A DNA stretch of 64,000 bases from Anolis carolinensis (Eukaryota), in NCBI RefSeq assembly GCF_035594765.1, contig NC_085844.1, positions 13,593,923 to 13,657,922 of the forward strand. Reading direction: 5' to 3'. Below the pieces are notes generated by a model. That model saw nothing but the letters and a program-made list of their open reading frames with translations. It was not told the DNA's origin and did no database searches. The position numbers were made by a program, and so were the translations under genes. Shown here piece after piece: positions 14,205-26,787 of this stretch (the stretch's first letter is position 1; each line of letters opens with the position of its first letter).

Positions 14205-14510
14205 TAAAGGTTTTCCCCTGATTTAATATCCAGCCATGTCCGACTCTGAAGGCTGGTGCTAATCTCCATTTCTAAGCTGAAGAGTCAGCGTTATCCGTAG
14301 ACACCTCCAAGGTCATATGACTGAATGAAGCTCCATTACCTTCCCACCGGAGCGGTGCCTATTGATCTACTCACATTTGCATGTTTTCAAACTGCTAGGT
14401 TGGCAGAAGCTGGGGCTAACACTGGGCGCTCACTCAGCTCCCAATTCGAACCTGCAACCTTTCGGTCCGCAAGTTCAGTGCTTTAACACACTGAGCCACT
14501 AGAGGCTCCA
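14205..14510 (-). mobile_element. Sauria SINE
   Basis: Reverse complement of the complete copies at 19260-19572 and 46018-46353. Confidence 0.85.
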
Positions 14511-14574
14511 CAAAATAAAAAATGTGTAAAAAATACAAAATAGAGTAAAGACACTAAATTAACTAATTGTTCTT

Positions 14575-15350
14575 CCTAATGTTTAGGTAGAATCTCTTTT
14601 TCTGCAGCTTAAATCCAATGCCCCATGCAGGAGCAGCAGATAACAAGCTTGCTTCACCTTCAAGATGACATCTTTTCAAATATTTAAACATGGTTATCAA
14701 GCTCCCTCTCAGCCTTTTCTCTAAGCAAAACATAACCAGCTTTCAGAGCCACTCCTTGCAGAGATTCGTGGATCCCTGACCTTTGATCATGTTGGTCGCC
14801 TCTCTAGAGGTGTTCCAGCTTGTCAATATCCTCCTTAAATTCTGATGCCCAGAAATGGACAAAGTATTCCATGCGAGTTTGACCAAAGCAGAATAGAGTG
14901 GCGCTTCCCTTGATCTACACACTATATTCCTATTAAGTGTTATGTGAGCTGCCTCGAATCCCTCTAGGAGATGGTGGTGGAATATAAAGTTTTATTATAT
15001 GATTATATTATTATTTATTGATGAAAGCCCAGAATCACATTTGCTTTTTTAGCTGTCACATCACACTACTGCCTCATATTCAATCTGTGGTCTAACTAAT
15101 ACTCCTAAATCTCTTTCACATGTACTGCTTTCAAACCAGATGTCACCCATTTTATATCTCTACATTTCATATTTATTGACTAAGTGTAGTGCCATACATT
15201 TCTCCCTGTTGGAATTCATGTTGTTAGTTTTGGTGCAGCTCTCTAATCTGTTATGGCCATTTTAGATTCTGATCCCTTTCCTCTGGAGTATCAGCTATCC
15301 CTTACAAATTTGGTGTCATCTGGAAATTTGATAAGCATGCCTTCCATTGA
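14575..15350 (-). mobile_element. CR1 LINE fragment (degenerate RT 3' region)
   Basis: Reverse complement resembles the CR1 copy at 47070-47625 (KFADDTKL-type region, TCACATTTGCTTTTTTAGCTG); interrupted by a short L2-type tail at ~14935-15015. Confidence 0.7.
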
Positions 15351-15514
15351 TGCGGTTCTTTAGATCTTCCATTTCTTCTCCACATTGGAACGGCTAGAAA
15401 TTGTGCATCCAATATCTTATTTTTTAGAAGCTTCTACCTGCTAAGAACTCCCTTCTCTTTCAGTATTTCTGAATTCACGCAGTATTCCCCTAAGTTTACT
15501 GTAATCAGATAGTA

Positions 15515-16020
15515 GAATAATAGAATCTTAGAATTGAAAGGGACTGCATGGGCCATCCAGTTCAACCCCCCTGCCATGCAGGAAAAGCACAATAATGGCA
15601 CCCCCCAACAGATGGCTATGAAAGATGAAAAGCCTCCAAGAAAGGAACTTCCGCCACACTCCGAGGCAGAGAGTTCCACTGTTGAACAGCTCTTCTTACC
15701 GTCAGGAAGTTTTTCCTAATGTTCAGGTGGAATCTCCTTTCCTGTCATTTGAACCCATTGCTCCATTGAGTCCCAGTCTCCAGGGTATCAGAAAACAAGG
15801 CCTAACTGAAATCAAGATATGCTATATTCCCAGCACTCCCTGCATCTACCAAGCTTGCAATTTTACCAAAAAAAGAGATCAGATTAGTCTGGCATTACTT
15901 ATTTTGCAATCCATTTTGATTTTAGTGATCATAGCATTCTTTTCTAAGTGATTGCAGACTGCCTCCTTAATTATCTGCTTCAGAAGTTTTCTTTGTATTG
16001 ATTTCAGGCTGATTGTATGG
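15515..16020 (-). mobile_element. CR1 LINE 3' end and internal fragment
   Basis: ATAGAATC...GGCCATCCAGTTCAACCCCCCTGCCATGCAGG is the reverse complement of the CR1 3' tail. Confidence 0.7.
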
Positions 16021-16039
16021 TAATTGTTGGGTCCTCTTA

Positions 16040-16042
16040 ATA

Positions 16043-16095
<53 letters not shown>

Positions 16096-16640
16096 CTTTA
16101 TTTATATACTGCTCTATTTCCCCGAAGGGACTCAAGGCGGTTTCCAAAAAGTACAAATACAAATACAAAACAACATATAATAAAATATAACAAAAATACA
16201 TCATAGATAAAACACAGCAATTTCAGTTAAAAAAAACAATCGCAGTGACAGCCTTCAATCAAGGGGTGGAAAACATTAGTCAGGGTGAGGCTGGCCTTAA
16301 TCCATTTTAAGGGTAGATGAGAACCTATATACCCATCTTAGGGGCAGGTGATGAGCAGTATACCACAATCTGATTCACGTGAAAACTTATCTTGATGAAA
16401 AACCTGGCTAAACCACCAGGTTTTTAGTGCTTTACGAAAAGTGGGTAAGGTGGGGGCCTGTCTGATCTCTTTAGGGAGAGCATTCCAGAGATGGGAGGCC
16501 ACCACCGAGAAGGCCCGTTACCTCGTCCCCACCAAACGTACTTGGGACGATGATGGGAGCGAGAGAAAAGCCTCCCCGGCTGATCTCAAAGCCTGCACCG
16601 GTTCATAGGGGGAGATGCAATCACTGAGATAGGCAGGGCA
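16040..16640 (-). mobile_element. L2 LINE 3' fragment ending in a (TAA)n microsatellite
   Basis: (TAA)n at 16040-16090, then the reverse-complement L2 tail and ACCACCGAGAAGGCCC motif. Confidence 0.7.
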
Positions 16641-17184
16641 TTCTTAAAGATTGAGGCAACATTCACCTTCCTTGTGAGAAGGACTGCTGGAGTGAAAGTT
16701 GGAGATGGTTCCTTTATGTTTAAGGTTTGTGTACAAAATGGAATTTCAGAAGTTGTTACTAGCCCAAAACATTGTAACAGTGAACACCTGCTAAAATTCT
16801 ATTTTACATGACCCTTAAAGTTGTAAGAGATTTCTCCAGTTTTCATTCTTGTAAGCATAGGAGATAAAGTAGGCCTTAAAAAATCTACATTTCCAAAGGA
16901 CTGCTTAATGAAGGAAAACTAGACCTCTTCAGATTCCTCTTCACTATTATTTTTAACAGTCCTGCATAACGGAAGATAAACTGGCTGGGATTTCTGGGAG
17001 TTGTAGGCCAAAAACATCTGGGGATCCCAGGTTGAGGAACCACTGTTCTACACACAAAACGAAGACTGCTTGATGATCACATGAAGTGTTTTTTTTTCCA
17101 GTAAAACTAGGAATATCCATGCAGTCAGGTTATTAGAAAAAATGCACATCAAGTTTCATATGAAGTGGCTTTATATGACTGAAA

Positions 17185-17935
17185 TGCTCTCTACATGGGG
17201 CTGCCTTTGAAGATAGTTTGGAAGCTTCAACTGGTCCAGAGATCGGCAGCCAAGTTACTAAGTGGGGCCCCATACAGGGAGAGAATTGCTCCCATGTTGT
17301 GGTAGCTCCACTGGCTGCCTGTCCGCTTCCGGGCTAAATACAAGGTGCTGGTTATTAGCTTTAAAGCCCCATGTTTAGGCCCAGACTATTTGGCAAACCG
17401 CATCTCCACTTACAAACCTGCTGGGCACTACAATCCACAGAGGAGCCCCTGCTCTTGATCCCACCCTCCCACCCCCATCTCAAACACAGCTGATGGGAAC
17501 GAGAGGGGGCCTTCTCAATGATCACCTCCAACTCTGGAACTCCCTCCCCAATAAGATAAAAACGCCCCCCTCCTTACTCCCTTTTAAAAAAACAATTAAA
17601 AACTATTTTTTCTCCCAAACATATCAAGACGAGGAGGCATAGAATATCATGCATAGTCACCATGGAGCAGAAATGTCTGGTCACTCTGGCTGCCGGCCGC
17701 AAAAATTCCAGTATTTTTACCTTGTTTTGTTTAGATTCCGGCTGTTTCTTCCCAATATAAGCTGCGGAATCTTATATTTGTTATATTATTATGTCATTCT
17801 TGTTAATCTGTGGTTACTTTTGATGTAGATGTGGTTTGTTTTGTTGGTTTAAGATGGGATGGATTATTTTGTCTTGGTCTAGTTTTTATGGCATTAAATA
17901 TCTGCCGATATTTGTTGTGAACTGCCCTGAGTTTT
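17185..17935 (+). mobile_element. L2 LINE 3' fragment
   Basis: Encodes LYMGLPLKIVWKLQLVQ..AA and LHWLPV..R..YKVL, typical of the L2 ORF2 C-terminus. Confidence 0.8.
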
Positions 17936-18677
17936 TTAAATTATTTTATCAATTAAAAACCAACCTTTGCTTGCCAGCATATGGAGAGGAGGAAGATTAG
18001 ATGACTATATGCAGCTAAGAAACCTCCGACTGTAAATTGTTTTCATACCCTGGCTCTGTTGGCCCGGTTGGCCTTGTTGACATTACTGGCAATATAATTA
18101 ATTTCAACATTATTGCAAATGAACCTTGGTGGTTTCTGTGAATTGAGGTTCATGTTTTTATGTTGATATAATTTCAGTTTAATTTAATTTTTCAAATGTA
18201 TATTATAATTTGGTCATATATGTGGGTTTATTTCAGTATATCTGGGTTTATTGTGGTATACGTTGGTTAATTTTGGGTTCTGGTAGGTTTATTATTGTAT
18301 TTGTATGTATTGTTGTTTCAGGCATTGAATTTTGGCCTTTTTGTTGTTGGAATCCACCCTGATTCCCTGCGGGGAGACAGAACGGAATATAAATAAAGTT
18401 GAATTACTGTAATTATTATTTATTTTATTTTTTTACAAAAATATTTGTTATTATTTTAAAGCAAAACGTTTGTAAATGTGGCAACTATCGTGATTGTGAA
18501 GTAGTGCTTAGTGGAGGCTCCATGAAGCCTTTTGCTTGTTAAGAAAAACCGCATCTCTGTATGCAAACCAACACGGGCACTCCATAATTTACGGAGAGGA
18601 GAAGGACTAGTACATCTCTATATATATCCTTGCCTAGATATTGGACACCTACCTCGACCTGTTGGATGCTGTAAACC

Positions 18678-18810
18678 AGTGGTTTTCAACTTGTGGGTCC
18701 CCAGGTGTTTAGGCCTATAACTACCAGAAATCCCAGCCAGTTTACCAGCTGTTAGGATTTCTGGGAGTTGACACCAAAACATCTGGGGACCCACAGGTTG
18801 AGAACCACTG
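18678..18810. mobile_element. palindromic hAT MITE
   Basis: TIRs CAGTGGTT(T/C)TCAAC, 8-bp TSD CTGTAAAC/TTGTAAAC; sister copies at ~18935-19065 and ~16975-17045. Confidence 0.85.
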
Positions 18811-19259
18811 TTGTAAACCATCTTATTTCCTTAATGTCTTTTTAGTTGAATATGTAAGAGCTTATGATGTGGCAAATGTGTGTGATGTGTTATATTACGT
18901 TTATGTAAGTTTAATTTTGGGTTATTTTTCGGTCTGTTCTCACCCTGTGGGTCCCCAGATGTTTTGGCCTTCAACTCCCTGAAATCTTAACAGCTGGTAA
19001 ACTGGCTGGGATTTCTGGGAGTTGTAGGCTGAAACACATGAGGACCCACAGATTGAGAACCACTGGGTTAGTTTTACAAGTTTTAAACATTCACATTAAG
19101 ATTGTTTTATCCACTGCCTTGATTTGATTTGTTGTTTTGTCTATTTTTGGCATTGAATGTTTGCTGTTTCCTTATTTTTGGAAACTGCCCTGAGTGTCTT
19201 CGGGGAGATAGGGTTAGCTATAAATAAAGCATTATTATTATTATGGCCTAGAGTGCTTC

Positions 19260-19572
19260 AGGGGGCCCCTGGTAGCACAGTGTGTTAAAGAGCTGAACTG
19301 CTGAAATTGCAGACCAAAAGGAGCGGAATGAGCGCCCACTGTTAGCCCCAGCTCCTGCCAACCTAGGAGTTCGAAAACATGCAAATATGAGTAGTTCAAT
19401 AGGTACCGCTCCACCGGGAAGGTAACGGCGCTCCATGCAGTCATGCCAGCCACATGACCTTGGAGGTGTCTATGGACAACGCCAGCTCTTCGGCTTAGAA
19501 ATGGAGATGAGCACCAACCCCCAGAGTCGGTCACGACTGGACTTAACCTCAGGGGAAAACCTTTACCTTTTA
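19260..19572 (+). mobile_element. Sauria SINE
   Basis: tRNA-like head GGGCCCCTGGTAGCACAGTGTGTTAAAG, body GTAGTTCAATAGGTACCGCT, tail GGGGAAAACCTTTACCTT. Confidence 0.88.
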
Positions 19573-20059
19573 AGAGTGCTTCAATATTGTCAAATTGATT
19601 CAGTTTGGCACCACGTCACCTAAACTTTCATCCAAGTCATTAATAAAGATGTTGAACAGTACTAGGCTCAGTCAGGAAGATCTTCCTAACATTGACTGAC
19701 TTTTAGCTTTGAAAGTCTTTTAACTAGTGTTTAGGTGTCAAGAGGTGAACTTAAGACGCATCTAGATCAGGCAGGGGTCAACTTGGGCCCTCCAGGGGTT
19801 TTAGCTTTCAACTCTCACCATTCCTAACAGCCTCAGGCCCCTTCCTTTTCCTCCTCAGCCGCTTAAGTTGGCCCCTGCCCGATCTACATTCTAGAAAGAA
19901 TACCGCTTGATGCCCTTTAACTGCCCTGGCAGGTCCCATCTACACTGACCATTTAATACAGCTGGCTTCAAACAAACAACTCCTAAAAAGTGTCTGAAAG
20001 AAAGCCCTTGAATGTGGTTTGTGTCATCATAAGTATTTGGGCCTCGACCTGGCTCCACA

Positions 20060-20530
20060 ATTCCCTGCAGGCCCAGAGCGCGGCGGGCGGGCCTTGCCCG
20101 AGGAGGTAGGCCCAGACCCTGTTGGAGCACGGAGAGAAAGCGGCCTAGTTGTTTCCCAGGCGACCCCCCAAGACCCCGGCCTTTCCTTACCCGGGCCCCG
20201 CTCACTCGCTCGCTCCCCCGCCTCGTCAACAGCAGCGGCACCGCCGCCTCCGCCCCGCGTCCTCCTCCTCAGCGAGCCCCATCGCCGTCTCCCGCTGGCC
20301 CCGCCTCGAGCGCCCCGGCGCCCACACCTGCCGTCATCTCCCCGCGACGCGCCGCCATCTTCCGGCTTCGGCTGATTGGCCACTCTGTTGTCACGTGATC
20401 AAGGAAACGTCGATGATGGGCGGAGAGAGCACAGAAGGCGTCGGAAACCAGGCATGCGCAGACGGGAAGATGCACCAGGGAGCTATAGAGACTACAAAAG
20501 CGGTGGTGTACTCACACTTCCGGCTCCCAA
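20060..20530 (-). promoter_or_regulatory. PHF20L1: PHF20L1 CpG-island promoter and non-coding exon 1 (~20191-20365)
   Basis: Only long CpG-rich block upstream of the coding exons; overlapping ETS/YY1 CCGGAAGATGGCGGC (20351-20365, minus), CCAAT (20375-20379), E-box GTCACGTGAT (20390-20399), ETS CACTTCCGG (~20515-20523); candidate donors GG|GTAAGG (20190) and GA|GTGAGC (20205). Confidence 0.8.
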
Positions 20531-20771
20531 TCATACGTGCAAAATAACTTAATGTATAAAGGGAGAATGAACATAAGTTTCTAAAATAATGACAATCTGT
20601 CTCCTCTTGTTCATGCCCAATGGAATTAGGACATTGCTTTTAACCTGCTTTTATTTAAATTTAAACCTTCTAAGTATAATATATTGCATATTGTATATAC
20701 TACAACTTATGATATGGTACAATATATTATATACGGTAATACTAATAGTATAATATATTGGTAATGTATTA

Positions 20772-21418
20772 CAGTAGAGGCTCACTTATCCAACATGAAC
20801 GGGCCAGCAGAACGTTGGATAAGCAAATATGTTGGATAATAAGGAGGGATTAAGGAAAAACCTATTAAAAATCAAATTGATTATGATTTTACAAATTAAG
20901 CACCAAAACATCATGTTATACAACACATTTGTCAGAAAAAGTAGTTCAATACGCAGTAATGCTATGTTGTAATTACTGTATTTACGAATTTAGCACCAAA
21001 ATATCATGATACAGTAGAGTCTCACTTATCCAACACTCGCTTATCCAACGTTCTGGATTATCCAACGCATTTTTGTAGTCAATGTTTTCAATATATCATG
21101 ATATTTTGGTGCTAAATTCATAAATACAGTAATTACTACATAGCATTACTGCGCATTGAACTACTTTTTCTGTCAAATTTGTTGTACAACATGATGTTTT
21201 GGTGCTTAATTTGTAAAATCATAACCTAATTTGATGTGTAATAGGCTTTTCCTTAATCCCTCCTTATTATCCAACATATTCGCTTATCCAACATTCTGCC
21301 GGCCCATTTATGTTGGATAAGTGAGACTCTACTGTATATTGAAAACATTGACTACAAAAATGTGTTGGATAATCCAGAACGTTGGATAAGCGAGTGTTGG
21401 ATAAGTGAGGCTCTACTG
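20772..21418. mobile_element. Tc1/mariner MITE with a second copy of the same family (21012-21334) nested in opposite orientation
   Basis: TIRs CAGTAGAG(G/T)CTCACTTATCCAAC at all four ends, each flanked by TA. Confidence 0.88.
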
Positions 21419-21900
21419 TAGTATAATATATTGGTAGGGTGGCCTTTTGCAGTTGGCAGATCGTAATTTTGTCAATGTCTATTGTTTCCAAACGACTGAG
21501 TAAACAGCCACAAGACTTCAAATAAAGCAATGAGGTTTTATTAATGTTCCCTATAGACCCATGAGCCAACCAGCACACAGATCTCTGCAAATCAGCACTC
21601 AGGGTGGAAGAAGTTCTTTGTTTATAAATATTTCTATATGTTTGCATTGGGTTATGTCAGTCTTTAGAGCAGACTCTGCTGGCAGCTTCTTTCCTTTTGC
21701 CTTCAACCCATCTGTATCTTATTCAAACTTTGGAGATTGGTACACTGGGCCCCTAACCCACAGTCCTTGCAATAGCTAAAACACTCTTCCCTAAACCTCC
21801 CCATACTACGTTCACCCATCTCCCAAACACATGTATTAAGTTTAGGAGAAAGCTTATCTCCTGTGTTACAAGCAGAAACACAATCACACCATGACTTAAT

Positions 21901-22153
21901 AGGAGCCTCTGGTGGCCCAGGGGATAAAAGCCTTGTGACTTGAAGGTTGGGTTGCTGACCTGATGGCTGCAAGGTTTGAATCCAACCCGGGGAGAGCACG
22001 GATGAGCTCCCTCTATCAGCTCCAGCTTCATGCGGGGACATGAGAGAAGCCTCCCACAAAGATGGTAAAACATCAAAAAATTCAGGCGTCCCCTGGGCAA
22101 CGTCCTTGCAGACGGCCAATTCTCTCATGACAGAAGCTCCTGACACAAAAAAA
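21901..22153 (+). mobile_element. Anolis SINE2-type tRNA SINE
   Basis: Head GGAGCCTCTGGTGGC, body GATGAGCTCCCTCTATCAGCTCCAGC, end CCTGACAC-A tail; CCATGACTTAATA flanks both ends (TSD). Confidence 0.85.
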
Positions 22154-22840
22154 CCCCCCAAAAAACCCCATGACTTAATAAATCTCTCTCTCTCCTGCGT
22201 GTGAACCTTTTCTGTAGATTTGCAATCGGGTTTCTTTACAGAACAATATTGTCAGTATCAATGCCATTTATTTCGCATTTCTTGAAGTTTTCAAACCATT
22301 GATGTATGGTTTCAATTTAATGCAATCATTATAGCTTGTCAATGTTTTCCTAATACCTATGAGTCAACACGTTCACTACGATCAAACAAAATTAGTGGTT
22401 TAAATAACTCTAATTTGCTCCCTGAGGATGCATTCAGATGACCAACTGTGTTCAAAATCAAGTTACAATAATTATGGTAGACACATTAAATCATCAAAAC
22501 ATACGTAAGTGTTGACTTGCCAAATTCTCATTGATTTAGTTAAGCTAACAATTAAACATAGGACCAAGCAATGCATATCCTCATAGCCAAAAGCATTTTT
22601 CTAGTGACTTGATATTCCCGCTCTAGAATTATGTTTCTCTGTTATGTGGAATTGATTCATAGCATGCATGGATGCAAAGGGGGAGATATTTGGAAGACCA
22701 GCAAAAGTGATTATTTGTGCAGTACCAGCCTGCTGCTTTAGTGTTGCATAATAGCTTGGAGATTAGCAGCCATTTTTAACTCCCACATCATGCTGCACTA
22801 TTGTGCTTTTGCAAAAATGCAGCCCGGGGTGCATCTACAC

Positions 22841-23365
22841 CAGGGGTCGCCAAACTACGGCCCGCGGGCCACATGCGGCCCGTCGGAGCTATTTATCCGG
22901 CCCGCGGGGGCAGTAGCTCCCTCCTCCTCTGCCAAGAAAGGTGTGTGTGGCAAGGAGAAAGAGGAAAAGGCCTTTCCCTTCTCCCTCACCCCACGTGCAC
23001 CTTTTCTGCTGCCACTGCCGCCAAGGAAGGAGCATGCAGGGCGAACGAGGAGGCAGGGAAGTTGAGTGCCTTTCTCGCCTCGCTCGCCCCGCGCACTCCT
23101 TTCCCGCCGCCGCTGTCGAGGAAGGAGTGCGCGGGGCGAGCGAGGAGAGAAAGCCACTCACCTTCCCTGCCTCCTCGCTCGCCCTGCGCGCCCCTTTCCC
23201 GCCGCTGCCGTCGTGCACTCCTTCCTCGACTATCATTATTACTATCATTGTATGACACAGCAAACAAGATAGATATGTTGGATTTCGTATCACAAAATCA
23301 CAAGTCAAACACTTCCCAAGTGTCTAGGACTGTGTGATGTATTTTCGGATGATGTGCGCAGATCC

Positions 23366-23434
<69 letters not shown>

Positions 23435-23531
23435 GTGACTGTCAGGGGTGCTTTCATTATGTTTTGTTGCACAAAAGCAAAAGGGGTTTGGACTAGATGG
23501 CCCAAGGGGTCTCTTCCAACCCTCTTTATTA

Positions 23532-23572
<41 letters not shown>

Positions 23573-23747
23573 ATCATTGAGGCTGTATTTGTTCCCTTTT
23601 TGTTTGTTTTTTTACTTCATAATAAGATATGTGCAGTGTGCATAGGAATTTGTTCATAGTTAAAAAAAAAAACCACTATAGTTCGGCCCTCCAACGGTCT
23701 GAGGGACCGTGAATTGGCCTCCTGTTTAAAAAGTTTGGGGACCCCTG
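22841..23747. mobile_element. non-autonomous hAT (Charlie/OC1-like) transposon with GC-rich internal cargo and an R4 insertion
   Basis: TIRs CAGGGGTCGCCAAACT / AGTTTGGGGACCCCTG; perfect 8-bp TSD ATCTACAC (22833-22840 and 23748-23755). Confidence 0.88.
23250..23432 (-). mobile_element. short R4/Dong 3' end plus (TTA)n microsatellite
   Basis: TGACACAGCAAACAAGATAGATATG...GCAGATCCCA matches the 3' end of the copy at 48635-49550; followed by long (TTA)n. Confidence 0.85.
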
Positions 23748-24639
23748 ATCTACACTGTAGAATGAATGCAGTTTGACCCCACTTTAACTGCCATGTTTTA
23801 CTTCTATAGAATTATTGGAGGTGAAATTTGGTGAGGCACCAACACTCTTTGACAGAGAAGGCAAAATATGTTTTAAGCAACAACTCCTGTGATTCCATAG
23901 CAATTAAATAGAGGTAATGGCTCCTTCCAATATTCCATGGGATGCAGTGGTAACTCACATGTCAATGGGGCCATGAATCCATTTTGAGTTTTAAATAAAA
24001 TCCGGATAAGTTGGGAATTTGATTCAGTGCTCTGAACAGTCTGGACTAAAGTCAGGATTGATTCGCCACCACTTTGGTTGTATTTTCCTGCACTTGACTG
24101 TGTATCCCTGCATGTTAGGGGGTTGGACTGGATAGCTCTTGTGGTCTCTTCCAACTTCATAATTCAGAGATTTAATATCAACAATTTCATAGTATCATAA
24201 AGTCGGAAGGGGCCTCATGGGCCAACCCTCTGCTCAATGCAGGATCTCCAGCTAATGCAGTCTATTTTTTAAAACATTCAGAGTATGAGACCCCAGCACC
24301 TCTTTAGGCAATTATTTCCATTGCTGTACCACTCTTACAATCAAGATGCCATCTACTACTGATTAAAAAGGGCCAAGGATCTGCAGTCTTTACATATCAT
24401 AGTATGACACACAAAGCCTTTAAGAGGCTTTTGCAACATGTCATGTCAACCACTCTACATATAAACCAGTTCTTTGGAAACTAATCTGGACTGGATGTTC
24501 ATGAGTAGTTCAATACCTAACCTTTTTGTGGGAGCAGAAGTGTGGATAATGCAGGGAAAATGCAAACCTTTTATGTGTTCAAGAGCCTTCAAATCATTTC
24601 CCATTACAGTTGTCAATGAGGTTTATCGGCACGGTCATA

Positions 24640-25060
24640 TAATGCAGTTTCAGTGATCAATGTAGACACAGGCCCATCTACACTGTCATAATCCAGATTA
24701 TCTGCTTTGAGATGGATTATATGGCAGTGTAGACTCATATAATCCAATTGGGCACAGATTATTTGCTTTGGAAATCTGGATTATATGGCCGTGTGGATCC
24801 AGCCTCATATAATAGAATTCAAAGCAGTTAAACTGCATTATATGAGTTTACACTGACCACATAATGCAGTTTCAAAGTGCATTATATGGCAGTGTCGATG
24901 GAGCTAAGAGTCCTTCCACACAGCCATAACCCATCATATCAAGGCAGATAATCCACAATATCTGGTTAGAACTGGGTTATCTGTGTCCATATTATCTGGG
25001 TTATCTGCCATATAATCCAGTTCAATGTGGATTTTATACGTCTGTGTGGAAAGGACCTTA
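24640..25060. mobile_element. cluster of palindromic PIF/Harbinger-like MITEs
   Basis: Repeated (CC)ATCTACACTG..ATATAATCCAG / CTGGATTATATGGCAGTGTAGA inverted units; similar clusters at ~38020-38165, ~52235-52785 and ~59605-59745. Confidence 0.6.
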
Positions 25061-26368
25061 GACACACTCCAGACCACTTCTTGAGATGGCAACACATACA
25101 ATATTTCAGCTGGTTTGACCAATGGTAGGAGATTCTGAAAGCTGTCACCAAAACAACTAACATTTCAATGCTCTAAATCGGGCCTTTTCAGCCTATGGCC
25201 CTCCAGGTGTTTTGGACTTCAGCTCCCAGAATTCCTGACCATTGAACTAAGTGGCCAAGCTTCTGAGAGTTGAAGGCACAAACACCTGGAGGGCCACAGG
25301 TTGAAGAGGCCTGATCTGAATGGTCTGTGGCTTCTTGTGGTGCCTGATACTATATCTCGGGCTCAATCAAATCTTCATTACTTTCCATTGCTTCTGGGAT
25401 TGCTTACCAAAAACCATGCAACACAAATGTCTCCTATATTTATAGCCGTTGATATCTTAATAAGCAACAGCTCTTCACTGGGCAGATCTTTCATCTTGAA
25501 GAGACTCTTCGAAAAGAATGCTTGCAATGTAAGGCTTGGCTAGACTTGGCAGGAAACATGACCTCATTCTCTGGCTGCGTTTCCTATTGCATAGCCTGTT
25601 TTCAAAAAGAAACAAGCAAGCTTTTCGGCATCTCCTCTCCTTTCCATCCAAGTCCCCTTTGCTATTCAGCTGCAGGAAGCACCATCAACAAGCACTGGAC
25701 AGTTGCAATCTACAGTGAAAGTCTAATTCTGCAGATGGAGAAACCGCTGGTTTACTTTTGCAGCGGGGAAGATGGCTTTACCAGGTCTGGGCAATTTGAT
25801 ATAAAGTTTTTTCTTATATCAGATTTTGTCGGATAGCTTAGCAAAGGATTGTTCCAACTAATAGAGGGGCTTTTGTGTGTATTGCAGGTCTATGTAGAGT
25901 AGAAAGATTCACAGTCACTCAAACCTAAGGGGCAGGCTATCTCACATGGTCAATTGACTGAAATGGTGAAAAACTGGACTATGACTTTTCAATTTATAAT
26001 GAAATGAGCAGTGCAATCCTTTTCACATTTGGAAATCCATCTCACTGTATCAAGAGGGATTTGGAAATATGCCCCACTGTATCCAGAGTGATTTTATCTC
26101 CAGCCATGTATGTGCTAGAATGATTATAATAGTCCTAATGAAGTTTTACAGATGTATTAATTGTCTTTCCTTTTTGGTTGCAAAATGAAAAAGAAATAGA
26201 AAAATGCATATCAGCTGTTGCTAAGTGTCGTGAAATCAACTTATATTGACTCTATGAATGAGAAACCTCCAACTTCCCAAACCAACTGCCCTGGCCAAGT
26301 TTTCCCAATTCAGGACTGCGGCTACTTTCTTTGACTCCGTTTACTGTGGTCTCCCCCTTTTCCAATTA

Positions 26369-26787
26369 CAGTAGAGTTTCACTTATCCAACATTCTGGAT
26401 TATCTAACGCAGTCTGCCTCCCGCCTGGATCCACAGCTGTTTCTCTAGGCAGCAAGGACTGAACTTTTTACAGATTTGATTTTTGGCAAAGTTGTTACTT
26501 TAAGTTCATTTTATGCAATTCTATCTTGATTTGTAGTCAATTTTTTTCAATACATTGAGATGCTTTGGTGCTAATTGGTAAATACAGTAATTACTACGTA
26601 ATGTTACCATGTATTGAACTGCTTTTTCTATATATTGTGAAACATGATGTTTTGGTGCTTAATTTGTAAAATCGCAACATAATTTGATATTTAATAGGCT
26701 TTTCCTTAATCCCTACTTATTATCCAACATTTTCGCTTATCCAACGTTCTGCTGGCCCGTTTATGTTGGATAAGTGAGACTCTACTG
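26369..26787. mobile_element. Tc1/mariner MITE (same family as 20772-21418)
   Basis: TA-CAGTAGAGTTTCACTTATCCAAC ... GTTGGATAAGTGAGACTCTACTG-TA. Confidence 0.85.

Noticed and set aside
19891-20547. Overlapping 116-132 aa ORFs
   Set aside because: By-product of the stop-poor CpG island; PHF20L1 coding starts at 12194.
22790-23337. Six-frame ORF cluster up to 178 aa
   Set aside because: GC-rich inverted repeats inside a non-autonomous hAT element; no transposase similarity.
23354-23659. Poly-Tyr / poly-Met ORF (similar ORFs at 43594, 46744 and 47522)
   Set aside because: Translations of (TTA)n and (GAT)n microsatellites.
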